DNA of 64,000 bases, from positions 823-64,822 of the forward strand of contig JALHRW010000006.1 in the NCBI GenBank assembly GCA_022841245.1, written 5' to 3'. Made by a program: the position numbers and the translations under genes. Below the pieces are notes generated by a model. It was not told where the DNA came from, did not search any database, and saw only the letters and a program-made list of their open reading frames with translations. Below, in pieces: positions 1-8,549 of the stretch (position 1 is the stretch's first letter; each line of letters begins with the position of its first letter). Origin of the DNA: Planctomycetota bacterium (lineage in GTDB: Bacteria > Planctomycetota > UBA11346).

Positions 1-198
1 GCCAAGGTTCTGCTGTACCGTCGGGGTCACCGCCAGGACACCCGGTGGCGCTGGCACCGCCGCGTCAGGTGCCGGGGCTCCAGGACCATGACTGTGGCCA
101 TGGCCCTCGGGGCCGTGGTCGCCGCACCCGGCGACCAGCAGCAGGGTGGCACTGGCGGCGATGGCAAGCCGGATCGTGGAGATGCGTGGGTGGTTCAT
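1..198 (-). CDS. Efflux RND periplasmic adaptor (membrane-fusion) protein, N-terminal fragment running off the window edge
   Basis: The reverse strand from the ATG at 198-196 reads MNHPRISTIRLAIAASATLLLVAGCGDHGPEGHGHSHGPGAP... This is a lipoprotein signal with an LVAGC lipobox followed by a His-rich stretch. The start overlaps the stop of the upstream outer-membrane factor gene (ATGA at 195-198), the usual OMF-MFP order of czc/cus-type operons. It is absent from the ORF track because it is open at the window edge. Confidence 0.55.
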   Translation of the reverse strand, partial: MNHPRISTIRLAIAASATLLLVAGCGDHGPEGHGHSHGPGAPAPDAAVPAPPGVLAVTPTVQQNLG

Positions 199-1556
199 GG
201 CGTTTCGATCAGGTTGGTTGGCAGGTTGGGCAGGCCGCAGGCCTCGGCGATGTCGAGCGCGGCGGCGGCGGCCTGGCGGCGGGCGAGGCGCAGGTCGGTC
301 TGCACGGCGAGGACAGAGCGTCGGGCATCAAGGATGGCGTCGAGGTCCGTTGCGCCGGCGGCGAAGGCCGCTTGGCGCAGACGCAAGGCTTCGGCGGCAG
401 CGGGCAGGGCCTCGCCAGCGAGCGCCAGCGCCATCAGGCGGGCACGGTCATAGGCGCCCAGGGCCTGGGCGAAGCGCTCTGCCAGGCGGGCCTGCTCCTG
501 CCGCTGCGCCGCTTCGGCTGCGGTGATGCCGGCCTCGGCCTCGGCGATGCCGGCAGCGCCGCGGTCCCACAGCGGCAGTTCCAGTCCCAGCGTGGCGCCG
601 ACGGCATCCTCTTCGGCCTCACGGTCGGCGAAAATGCCGATGGTGATGCCCGGCTGTCCGGCTTGCCGGGCCAGTTCCAGGCGGCTGCGCTGGGCGCGTG
701 TCTGTCCCTCCAGGACGAGCACCTGCGGATGGCGGGCGAGCGCCGCCTGGGCCTGCGCCGCAGGCACCACGGGCCAGGATGCGGGCCAGGCATCGGCCAG
801 CACCAGTCCGTCAGGTAGGTTGCTCCCGCACCAGATGCGCAGCACCGCCAGAGCCGTGGCGACGTCGCGGTGGGCGGCATCGCGTTGAACGGAACCGATG
901 GTGGCCACCAGGCGGGCGCGGGACACGGCAGCGCGATCAGCCTCGCCCGCCGATCCCTGGCGCTCAACGCTCTGTGCCAGTTCGAGGGCGATCAGCACCT
1001 CGGCCTCGGCCGCGGCGGCAGCTTCCCGTGCGCTGACGTAGTCCAGGGCGGCCCGGCGCACCGCCAGGGCTATCTCAGTGGTGCGCATCCCGCCCGCCGC
1101 CTCGGCCTCGTCCAGTCCTGCCCGGGCCAGGGCTCGACGGGCGGTCGCCTCGCCCCAGGCCGGCAGGCGCTGACTGAGGCCAACACCATACGGTTGGTCA
1201 GACTCGCCACCCGGCTGACGCGCGCGTGTCCGTCCGTAGCTCAGGTCGAGGCTGGGATGCGCCCAACGGCCCGCCGTCTCGGCGCGAACCTGTGCGGCGG
1301 TCAGCGCCGCAGCCGCTGCTCGAGCCGAGGGATGACGGGCCTGGGCGTGTGCGACCAGGCGATCGACCGGAACCGGGCCGTCCCAGGCGGGAACCACGGG
1401 GGTGGCCGGTCCGCTGGGTTGCGATGCGGACGGCGCCAACGACGCGGCTGACGCACTCCGTGATGCGGGCACGGTGCACCCTGCACAGCACGTCAGGACG
1501 GCGAGGGTGGATAGGAGGTTCCTGCATGGCAGGAACCGGGGGACAAGGGACGGCAT
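195..1556 (-). CDS. Outer-membrane efflux protein, TolC/CzcC (NodT-like lipoprotein) family
   Basis: This is the ORF 195..1730 trimmed to the internal ATG at 1556: MPSLVPRFLPCRNLLSTLAVLTCCAGC (signal peptide plus lipobox Cys). The rest is Ala/Arg/Leu-rich coiled-coil repeats typical of OEP/TolC-family proteins. An MFP gene follows it. Confidence 0.8.
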   Translation of the reverse strand: MPSLVPRFLPCRNLLSTLAVLTCCAGCTVPASRSASAASLAPSASQPSGPATPVVPAWDGPVPVDRLVAHAQARHPSARAAAAALTAAQVRAETAGRWAHPSLDLSYGRTRARQPGGESDQPYGVGLSQRLPAWGEATARRALARAGLDEAEAAGGMRTTEIALAVRRAALDYVSAREAAAAAEAEVLIALELAQSVERQGSAGEADRAAVSRARLVATIGSVQRDAAHRDVATALAVLRIWCGSNLPDGLVLADAWPASWPVVPAAQAQAALARHPQVLVLEGQTRAQRSRLELARQAGQPGITIGIFADREAEEDAVGATLGLELPLWDRGAAGIAEAEAGITAAEAAQRQEQARLAERFAQALGAYDRARLMALALAGEALPAAAEALRLRQAAFAAGATDLDAILDARRSVLAVQTDLRLARRQAAAAALDIAEACGLPNLPTNLIETP

Positions 1557-1626
1557 GGACGCATCCGCGGGCTGAAGGATCGCCGTATGTCGACGGCGGG
1601 GTCCGGCACGCTGATGCGTGCCGGGA

Positions 1627-2124
1627 TCAGCCCGTTCGGACGGGGGGCGGATCCGGCGGGAAGACCGGTCCGTCAGGCATGTGCGTGGTCGGTCCCAGAG
1701 CACGGCGCACGACGCCAACCTCCATGGCAAGCATCATCGCACCCGGAGTCGACACCTCGTCACCATGGTGATGGCACTGGTGGGGGCATTCTCCGCCAGA
1801 CGGGATCCCGGGGTCAGTTGGCGTCTCCGGAGGCGCCAGCGGGACCGGCAGTGCGGCCACAACCGACACCAGTCCGGCGAACAGGACATGTGTATCGCAG
1901 TCCCCCGCACCATGGTGCGCCCCGTGCACCGGTGACATGGTGACAAGCGGCGGCAGCACGGCCATGATGATGGCCAGGACCCGCAAGAGCCAGGTGGATA
2001 TGAGAGACCGGATCACGGGGCTGGGGTACCTACGCACATCCGTGCGTGACGTCAAGGCCTCACGGCGCCCCGCTGCGTTGGCCCCGACGGAGGCATCTGC
2101 CAACCAGATTCCAGCAAACTCCAT
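1627..2124 (-). CDS. Hypothetical small membrane protein with His/Cys-rich segments
   Basis: This is the in-frame tail of ORF 1627..2385. The ATG at 2124-2122 shares one base with the ExoD stop (TGATG). It has two hydrophobic helices, LISTWLLRVLAIIMAVLPPLV and VLFAGLVSVVAALPVPLA. These flank HGAHHGAGDCDTH and are followed by ECPHQCHHHGDE. The start codon and even the coding status are uncertain. Confidence 0.35.
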   Translation of the reverse strand: MEFAGIWLADASVGANAAGRREALTSRTDVRRYPSPVIRSLISTWLLRVLAIIMAVLPPLVTMSPVHGAHHGAGDCDTHVLFAGLVSVVAALPVPLAPPETPTDPGIPSGGECPHQCHHHGDEVSTPGAMMLAMEVGVVRRALGPTTHMPDGPVFPPDPPPVRTG

Positions 2125-2732
2125 CAGAGCAGCCATTGGGCGCCTGCCCACGCGGCCCAGCCGATCAACGCGAAGAACGCCAGCGTGCCGAGGAAGACGA
2201 TCAGGCCGACGAGGATGGCGACGCCATCGCGCTGGGCGAATCCCACTCCAGTGACCAGAATGGTATAGGCGGGCAGCGCATTGGAGCATGGTACGGGCAG
2301 GGGCAGGGCCAGCAGCACCCCGCTGATGGCGATGACCATCCCAGCGAGCATGCGGGTCGATGGGCGATCGGCCAGCCAGGCCCAACGCGGACGCAGCAGA
2401 CTACGCAGGCGTCCCATCCGATGGGCGGTCGCTGCCAGAACGCGGGCGATGAATCCCGGCGGGCAGCGCATGGCGCGGATGCGCCCCGGGATCGTCGGCG
2501 TTCGGCCCAACCCGACTCCGATGCCGATAGCCGCGATGGCGATCCCGAAGGGCATCGACAACCCCATCATGGGCACCGGGGAGAGGAATGGCAATGGCAG
2601 CAGGATGAGCAGCACCAACCAGGTCCGCTCGGCCAGGTGGGCGTGCAGTTCATCGAGGGTGAAGCCCTGCGGGCCACCGCAGACAGTGGCGAGTTCCTGC
2701 AGGGCCTCTGCCAGATCGGCTGGCCGGCTCAT
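2124..2732 (-). CDS. ExoD-family (exopolysaccharide synthesis) membrane protein
   Basis: 202 aa. The pattern TLDELHAHLAERTWLVLLILLPLPFLSPVP...LRPRWAWLADRP...LLALPLPVPCSNALPAYTILVTGVGFAQRDG matches the ExoD family layout. The ATG at 2732 overlaps the upstream stop (ATGA at 2729-2732). Confidence 0.8.
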   Translation of the reverse strand: MSRPADLAEALQELATVCGGPQGFTLDELHAHLAERTWLVLLILLPLPFLSPVPMMGLSMPFGIAIAAIGIGVGLGRTPTIPGRIRAMRCPPGFIARVLAATAHRMGRLRSLLRPRWAWLADRPSTRMLAGMVIAISGVLLALPLPVPCSNALPAYTILVTGVGFAQRDGVAILVGLIVFLGTLAFFALIGWAAWAGAQWLL

Positions 2733-4285
2733 CCCGTCGTCGCCCGGTCGCCAGCGGCCAGCGCTTCCTGGACGGCGGTGGCATCGCCGGCCTGGTCGAG
2801 GCGCGCGAGGATGTAGTCGCTCTCCGCGATCTGGGCGATGCGCGCCAGCAGGCGCAGGTGCAGCCGCTGGGCCCCGGCAGGGACCAGCAGGATGAACAGG
2901 AAGCGGGCGCGCTCGTGGCGGTTGGCGATCGGGATGCCCGGCGTCAGCCGCGCAAAGACGGCGAGAGGTCGCTCCAGGCCGTCGATGCGCACATGCGGGA
3001 TGGCTATACCACGACCGACATAGGTGGAGAGGCTGCGTTCGCGCTCCAGCAGCCGCCGGGCCGCCTCGATGCCTCCGCCGACGGCGTCCAGGTCGGGCAG
3101 CGGAACCTGGCGCATGACCAGGCCGATGGCCTCGTCGATCGAAGCTGCCTGCACATCCAGCACGATGCGCTGCGGGGTGAGCAGTTCGTCGAGATGCAGC
3201 GGGTGCTCGCGCTCGAACTCGTCCTCGATCGAGCCGACGATCTCCTCGATGACATCCTCGAACGAGAGCAGCCCCACCCAGCGGCCCTCGGCATCGACCA
3301 CCGCCGCCAAATGGTTGCGGCTACGCTGGAACTCGCCCAGCGCCCGCTCCAGCGGCGCCTCGGCGGGGAAGGTGAGGAAGGGCCGCGTCATCGTCGCCAG
3401 GGCCGCGCCAGGGGCCAATCGGGCCAGGATCTCCTTGGCATGGACGATGCCCAGGGGCAGGACCCCAGGATCGGCCTCGCGAGCGACCACCGGATAGCGC
3501 GAATACCCATGCGAGACGATCGCCTCGACCATGGTCTCGCGGGTCCCCTCCGCCGGCAGCGCTTTCACCTGGCTGCGTGGACGCATGGCGTCGCGCACCC
3601 GCTCGGAACCGAGATCGAAGAGGTTCTCGAACAGCAGCAGCCGGCGGAAGGGCATGACGCCGCCATCCTGCGACTCGCCGAGGATGATGCGCAACTCCTC
3701 TTCGGAGTGGGTCTCCTTGAGATCCTTGCTGAAACCGAGCAGTCGCAGCAGCGCCCGGGCCGACCGGTTGAGGACCAGGATGAAGGGGTAGAAGAGGCCA
3801 TACAGGAGGCGCATCGGCTGGGCGGCGATCAGCGCTGCACGCTCAGTGTGACGGATGGCGATGGCCTTGGGGACCAGTTCGCTCGTGACGATGGTCAGGT
3901 AGGTGGCGACGGCGAACGCCAGGATCACCGAGACGATGCCGGCAGTGTCTCCGGACCACCCGATCGCTGCGAAGGCGTCCGTGATCAGTTGGCCGATGCC
4001 CTCGTCGATGACCACGCCCATGCCGATGGTCGCCCCGGTGATGCCGACTTGTACGACCGACAGGTATTCGTCGAGACGGCTCTTGATGTGCTGCAGCAAC
4101 GGCGCCCGCGGATCGTTGCTGAGCGCCAGCGCTGCCACCTGCGAATCGCGGATCTTCACGATCGCGAACTCGCTCATGACGAAGAAGAAGTTGCATCCGA
4201 GCAGGGCAAGGGCGGCCAGGGCGTAGACGAGGCCGGTCCAGGGATCACCGGCACCTGAAACCGGCGGGATAGTGGATGCCTCCAT
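2729..4285 (-). CDS. CNNM/DUF21 transmembrane domain, CBS pair, and C-terminal PtsN-like PTS EIIA (type 2) domain fusion
   Basis: 518 aa. The N-terminus (FVMSEFAIVKIR...TSELVPKAIA) is the DUF21/CorB-type membrane domain. The middle (VRDAMRPRSQV...YSRYPVV...NHLAAVVDAEGRWVGLLSFEDVIEEIVG) is a CBS pair. The C-terminus (RERSLSTYVGRGIAIPHVRIDG...FLFILLVPAG...HLRLLARIA) matches the PTS EIIA-2/PtsN signature, including the phospho-His (codon 2993-2995). Confidence 0.85.
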   Translation of the reverse strand: MEASTIPPVSGAGDPWTGLVYALAALALLGCNFFFVMSEFAIVKIRDSQVAALALSNDPRAPLLQHIKSRLDEYLSVVQVGITGATIGMGVVIDEGIGQLITDAFAAIGWSGDTAGIVSVILAFAVATYLTIVTSELVPKAIAIRHTERAALIAAQPMRLLYGLFYPFILVLNRSARALLRLLGFSKDLKETHSEEELRIILGESQDGGVMPFRRLLLFENLFDLGSERVRDAMRPRSQVKALPAEGTRETMVEAIVSHGYSRYPVVAREADPGVLPLGIVHAKEILARLAPGAALATMTRPFLTFPAEAPLERALGEFQRSRNHLAAVVDAEGRWVGLLSFEDVIEEIVGSIEDEFEREHPLHLDELLTPQRIVLDVQAASIDEAIGLVMRQVPLPDLDAVGGGIEAARRLLERERSLSTYVGRGIAIPHVRIDGLERPLAVFARLTPGIPIANRHERARFLFILLVPAGAQRLHLRLLARIAQIAESDYILARLDQAGDATAVQEALAAGDRATTG

Positions 4286-4333
4286 GCTTAGAGCCTCATC
4301 CGATCACCGTCGGTGCAACATCAGGGGTGCGAT

Positions 4334-5371
4334 TCATGGACGGCGTGCCGGAAAGGCCAGGCTGGCCAGCACGGAAGTCCCCAGGATACCGCCGATGATG
4401 GCGAGCGACCAGACGATGGGGAACTTGCCGTTCTCGTCGAGCAGCAGCGCGAAGCCGGGGACGACCTCGCCCAGCATCTTGAGCCCGACGAAGACGAGAA
4501 TCACCGCCAGGCCGTACTTGAGCAGGTGGAACCTGCCCATCACCCCGGCAAGCAGGAAGTACATGGCGCGCAGGCCGAGGATGGCGCAGATGTTGGAGGT
4601 GAAGACCAGCAGCGGTTCGTCGGTGATCGCGAAGATCGCCGGGACGCTGTCGACGGCGAAGATGATGTCCGAGACCTCGACCAGGACCAGGACGATCAGC
4701 AGCGGCGTGGCCATCAGCACGCCGTCGCGCCGTACCAGGAAGTGCTGGCCTTCCAGGTGCGGCGTCACGGGCAGGAGCCGGCGCAGCAACCGCACCACGG
4801 GATTGCGTTCGGGGTCCAGTTTCGGCTCTCCGACCACGGCCAGCTTCAGGCCGGTCAGGATGAGGAAGCCACCCGCCAGCCACACGATCCACTGGTACTG
4901 GAGGAGGATGGCGCCGGCGCCGATGAACAATGCCCGGAAGACGATCGCCCCGAGGATGCCGTAGAACAGGATCCGGTGCTGGTACTGCGCCGGCACGGCG
5001 AAGTACGAGAAGATCATCACCCACACGAAGACATTGTCGACCGCGAGAGCCTTCTCGACGAGGTAGCCGGCGGCGTACTCCAAGCCGATCCGGTTGGCCG
5101 CCTGGCTAGGGGTTTCGCCGAGCGCAGCGAGCGCGGCAGCCCGGCCGGGATCGGCCAGGGCGGTGCCCGCATACCACCACAGCGCCACCCCCACGGCCGC
5201 GCCCAGACTGATCCAGACGACGCTCCAGGTCGCCGCCTCGGTCAGGCCGACTGCATGCGCCTTACGATGGAAGACACCGAGGTCGAGGCCCAGGATGACG
5301 AGGACCAGCAGCGTGAACGCGCCGTATACCCACCAGTAGTCGGCGAAGGGGAAGAGGACGATGGTCTCCAC
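4334..5371 (-). CDS. TerC-family integral membrane protein
   Basis: 345 aa, GTG start at 5371-5369, multi-pass membrane protein. The motifs LEYAAGYLVEKALAVDNVFV and EVSDIIFAVDSVPAIFAITDEP are the duplicated TerC signature. Confidence 0.85.
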   Translation of the reverse strand: METIVLFPFADYWWVYGAFTLLVLVILGLDLGVFHRKAHAVGLTEAATWSVVWISLGAAVGVALWWYAGTALADPGRAAALAALGETPSQAANRIGLEYAAGYLVEKALAVDNVFVWVMIFSYFAVPAQYQHRILFYGILGAIVFRALFIGAGAILLQYQWIVWLAGGFLILTGLKLAVVGEPKLDPERNPVVRLLRRLLPVTPHLEGQHFLVRRDGVLMATPLLIVLVLVEVSDIIFAVDSVPAIFAITDEPLLVFTSNICAILGLRAMYFLLAGVMGRFHLLKYGLAVILVFVGLKMLGEVVPGFALLLDENGKFPIVWSLAIIGGILGTSVLASLAFPARRP

Positions 5372-6097
5372 TCAGCGCTCCCGGTTGCCGCCCAGGAAGC
5401 CCGCCTGCCAAGCCCAGTAGAGCAGCCACAGCACCGAGGTGGCGGCGGCGGCGACATAGGTCAGGCCGGCGGCAGTCAGCACGCGGTCGACCTGCCGAGC
5501 GTCCTCGTCGCGGCCGATGACGCCATACTCGACGAGCAGCACGCGGGCGCGGGCCGAAGCGTCGAACTCCACCGGCAGGGTCACCAGGGTGAATGCCGCT
5601 GCGAGGCCGAACAGGCCGAGCCCGACCGCAGCCAACCACCAGGCCAGGCCCGGAGCGGCGTGCTGCTGGACCGCGCCCAGGACGATGCCGCCGATGACCA
5701 GCCACGGCCCGAGCATCGAGCCGAGGTTTGCCGCTGGCACCAGCAGGCTACGCAGCCACATCGGGGTGTAGCCCTGGGCATGCTGGATGGCGTGGCCAGC
5801 CTCGTGGGCGGCGATGCCGACGGCGGCGGCATCGCGCCCATGGAAGACATCGTGGCTGAGGGCGAGGGTGCGGGTCATCGGGTTGTAGTGATCGCTGAGC
5901 ATCCCGGCGTGCTCCTCGATGCGCAGGCCATCGAGGCCGGAATGGCGCAGGATGAGCGCGGCGGCCTCGGCCCCGGTCAGGCCGCCGGCGCTGGGCACCC
6001 GCCGGGCCTGGGAGACGCGGAGGCGGACCAGTCCGGCTGCCGCCAGCGACAGCAGCATGGTGACGCCGGCGATGGCGAGGTAGAGCAGGTCGATCAT
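5372..6097 (-). CDS. Putative neutral zinc metallopeptidase (Zn_peptidase_2-like membrane protein)
   Basis: This is ORF 5372..6607 trimmed to the internal Met (MIDLLYLAIAGV...), giving 241 aa. HEAGHAIQH is an HExxH motif. An N-terminal TM helix and C-terminal TM helices are present. The upstream 170 codons of the track ORF overlap the HPF-like gene and look like shadow sequence. My hand count on the printed sequence places the ATG at 6096-6098, so the start is accurate to +/-1 nt. Confidence 0.75.
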   Translation of the reverse strand: MIDLLYLAIAGVTMLLSLAAAGLVRLRVSQARRVPSAGGLTGAEAAALILRHSGLDGLRIEEHAGMLSDHYNPMTRTLALSHDVFHGRDAAAVGIAAHEAGHAIQHAQGYTPMWLRSLLVPAANLGSMLGPWLVIGGIVLGAVQQHAAPGLAWWLAAVGLGLFGLAAAFTLVTLPVEFDASARARVLLVEYGVIGRDEDARQVDRVLTAAGLTYVAAAATSVLWLLYWAWQAGFLGGNRER

Positions 6098-6119
6098 GGC
6101 GGTTCCCCTCCGGGTGCGT

Positions 6120-6431
6120 TCAGCGGTGATCTTGGTGGCGCGACACGAGGCGGCGCAGACGGCTGGCCATGCGCCCGACGCCGTGGGCGATGGCCGCTTC
6201 CGGCGAACTGGCCGGATGCTCGATGCTGATCTCGCCACCATGTACCAAGCGCAGACGCACCAGGCAGGTGAGCCCCATCCCGCCCCGGGGGCCGTTGATG
6301 TCATCGAGCCGGATGTCGATGCCGCGCACCAGGTCGCTGAAGCGCGATAGGGCGAAAGCGACGCGACGCTGGGCGAAGGCGACCAGTTCGGGTTGGCGGA
6401 CGAGGTGGCGGGTGATGAGGCGGATGTCCAT
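6120..6431 (-). CDS. Small HPF/RaiA-family (ribosome-associated, S30EA-like) protein
   Basis: 103 aa: MDIRLITRHLVRQPELVAFAQRRVAFALSRFSDLVRGIDIRLDDINGPRGGMGLTCLVRL... This is the layout of the short HPF/RaiA-like proteins (N-terminal beta-alpha, then DxNGPxGGxDxxC). It is the first gene of the minus-strand chain and is divergent from a LysR gene. Confidence 0.65.
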   Translation of the reverse strand: MDIRLITRHLVRQPELVAFAQRRVAFALSRFSDLVRGIDIRLDDINGPRGGMGLTCLVRLRLVHGGEISIEHPASSPEAAIAHGVGRMASRLRRLVSRHQDHR

Positions 6432-6574
6432 GGCGTGCTCCGTTGCGGTGCGCCGATCCTAGGCTGCCGGCGTTGCGACGGCATCGGAAGTGGCATTGCG
6501 AAACTTCGGCGGGGCCTATGTAATGACGCAGGCGCCTCGGCGGCCTGCCCCCGTGCACCGTCTGCGAGGTCCTC

Positions 6575-7477
6575 ATGCCCACCCTGCCCGAGATCAACTA
6601 CCACCACCTACGCAGCTTCTGGGCGGTCGCCCGGGAGGGCTCCATCGCCAAGGCCTGCGTCCGCCTCAAGGTCTCGCAGCCGACGGTCAGCGAGCAACTC
6701 CGCCTGCTCGCCCAGGCGATGGGCGTTGATCTGTTCATGCGCGACGGCCGGCGTCTGCGGCTCACCGACACCGGTCGTCTCGTCCTCGACTACGCCGACG
6801 ACATCTTCGCGCTCGGCGGTGAACTGCACCAGACGCTCAGCAACCGGACCCACACCAGGGCCGTCCCGGTGTCGATCGGCATCAGTGATGCCGTATCCAA
6901 GCTCATCGCCTGTCGGCTGATCACGCCGACCATGCAGCTGCCCGATCCGGTGCAGGTGACGGTGCTGGAGGGCAGCCACGAGGCGTTGGTGCAACGGTTG
7001 GCGTCACACGAGATCGATCTGGTCATCTCGGACGCCATGCTGGAACCGCATCTGCGCATCCGGGCCTTCAACCACCTGCTGGGCCACAGCACGCTGGCCG
7101 TGTTCGGCGCCCCGGTTTTCGCCCGCCTGGCGCGCGGGTTCCCGCGCTCCCTCCAGGCGGCGCCGATGCTCGTCCAGCCGCCCACCTCGCCGCAGCGGCG
7201 CGCCTGGGATGGCTGGTGCGCCGACCAGGGTATCCAGCCGCGGGTGGTCGCCCAGGTCCAGGACAGCGCCCTGCTGAAGACGCTCGGCCAGGCTGGTTTC
7301 GGCCTGTTCGTGGCGCCCGACGTCATCGCCGAGGACATCACCGCCACCCATGGGGTGCGCCTGATCGGCCGCATCGCCAACGTGCGCGTGCACCACTACG
7401 CGATCAGCCTGGACCGTCGCCTGTCCAATCCGGCGCTGCTGGCCATCACCAAACAGGGGCGGCAACTCCTGTCCTGA
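6575..7477 (+). CDS. LysR-family transcriptional regulator, NhaR-like subtype
   Basis: 300 aa. The N-terminal wHTH INYHHLRSFWAVAREGSIAKACVRLKVSQPTVSEQLRLL resembles NhaR-type LTTRs. It is divergent from the 6431..195 chain. Confidence 0.9.
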   Translation: MPTLPEINYHHLRSFWAVAREGSIAKACVRLKVSQPTVSEQLRLLAQAMGVDLFMRDGRRLRLTDTGRLVLDYADDIFALGGELHQTLSNRTHTRAVPVSIGISDAVSKLIACRLITPTMQLPDPVQVTVLEGSHEALVQRLASHEIDLVISDAMLEPHLRIRAFNHLLGHSTLAVFGAPVFARLARGFPRSLQAAPMLVQPPTSPQRRAWDGWCADQGIQPRVVAQVQDSALLKTLGQAGFGLFVAPDVIAEDITATHGVRLIGRIANVRVHHYAISLDRRLSNPALLAITKQGRQLLS

Positions 7478-7526
7478 CCTCCGTGTCCGCCGAAGTGGCG
7501 GTCCAGCTCGCTCAACTGGTGCCCGC

Positions 7527-8429
7527 CTACGGCACCAGGCTGTCCAGTTCGCTCAGCGGCTGACTGCTATGCGTCACCAGCATGTAGCGTTCAGTCTCGC
7601 CCGCCTGCCTGCCGATCACCGTGACGGCATACTGCGTGCAGACCTGATCGGCGACGATGGCGGGCACGGGGAACATACCCATGCCCGAGGCACCAAGGGT
7701 CTTGACCAGGGCGCTTTCACTGCATTCCGCCACCACCAGCGGATCCAGCCCAAGCTGGGTCAGCCAGGCGTCGATCGACTCGCGCATGGCGGAACCGCGC
7801 ATCGGCAGGATGACGGCGGCGCGGTGCAGGCAGTCCGGGAAGGGCCGCTGGGGGTTGGCCAGGGCGCACCAGGCGATACCGCTGGCCTCGACCCAACGCA
7901 TCGTCAGGTCGATGCCGAAACGCGCCGCCGGGCGGTCGGTCAGCACGAGGTCCAGGCGATGGTGGGTGAGTTCGTCGAGCAGGGTGTCATGTCGGGTAGT
8001 CCGGCAGATGAGTTGCCGGTCGCCCATCCTGGCCCGCACAGCCGTGAGGATCCGCGCCGCCACCAGCAGCGGCACGCCGTTGGCGAGGCCGACATGCAGC
8101 GGTGGCGGCTTGCTGTCGGTCGACTTCTCGATGCATGCCAGCACCCGTCGGCCGGTCGCCAGCCAGGCGGACACGAGGATGTAGGCGCGTTCGCCGAAGG
8201 GACTCGGCAGCAACCGCTGCCGCCGGCGCAGGAACAGCTTCTGGCCGATGACGGCCTCCAGCGCCCGGATCTGCCAACTGATGGTCGTCGCGGTCACCCC
8301 CAGGTGCCGGGAAGCGGCCTGTACCCCCCCACAATCCATGACAGCGGCGAAGTACAGTAGGTGGTGGTGATTCAGGCGTAGCAGATCGCGTAAATCGTTG
8401 TTAGTTGGTGATTTGGATTCTTGGGACAC
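7527..8429 (-). CDS. LysR-family transcriptional regulator, NhaR-like subtype
   Basis: 300 aa, GTG start at 8429-8427. The wHTH is LNHHHLLYFAAVMDCGGVQAASRHLGVTATTISWQIRALE. It is divergent from the 8550 operon. Confidence 0.9.
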   Translation of the reverse strand: MSQESKSPTNNDLRDLLRLNHHHLLYFAAVMDCGGVQAASRHLGVTATTISWQIRALEAVIGQKLFLRRRQRLLPSPFGERAYILVSAWLATGRRVLACIEKSTDSKPPPLHVGLANGVPLLVAARILTAVRARMGDRQLICRTTRHDTLLDELTHHRLDLVLTDRPAARFGIDLTMRWVEASGIAWCALANPQRPFPDCLHRAAVILPMRGSAMRESIDAWLTQLGLDPLVVAECSESALVKTLGASGMGMFPVPAIVADQVCTQYAVTVIGRQAGETERYMLVTHSSQPLSELDSLVP

Positions 8430-8453
8430 GCGTGTCTCCGGCGGAAGGAGTCC

Positions 8454-8465
8454 TACTTATAAGTA
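8454..8465. promoter_or_regulatory. Perfect 12-bp palindrome TACTTATAAGTA in the LysR/operon divergent intergenic region (candidate LTTR box)
   Basis: Read directly from the sequence. It sits in the AT-richer 120-bp gap between 8429 and 8550. A second perfect palindrome, GACACGCGTGTC (8425-8436), overlaps the regulator start codon. Confidence 0.35.
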
Positions 8466-8549
8466 TTTTACGCACATCAATGAGTCAATATGTGTCTATC
8501 TCTCATGGTGAACGGTGTAGGGTGACGCTCCAACGTCCAGGAGGTCATC

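Noticed and set aside
6098-6607. N-terminal 170 codons of ORF 5372..6607
   Set aside because: The extension is Ser/Pro/Arg-rich and overlaps the well-formed HPF/RaiA-like gene in another frame. The metallopeptidase family starts with the TM helix at MIDLLY.
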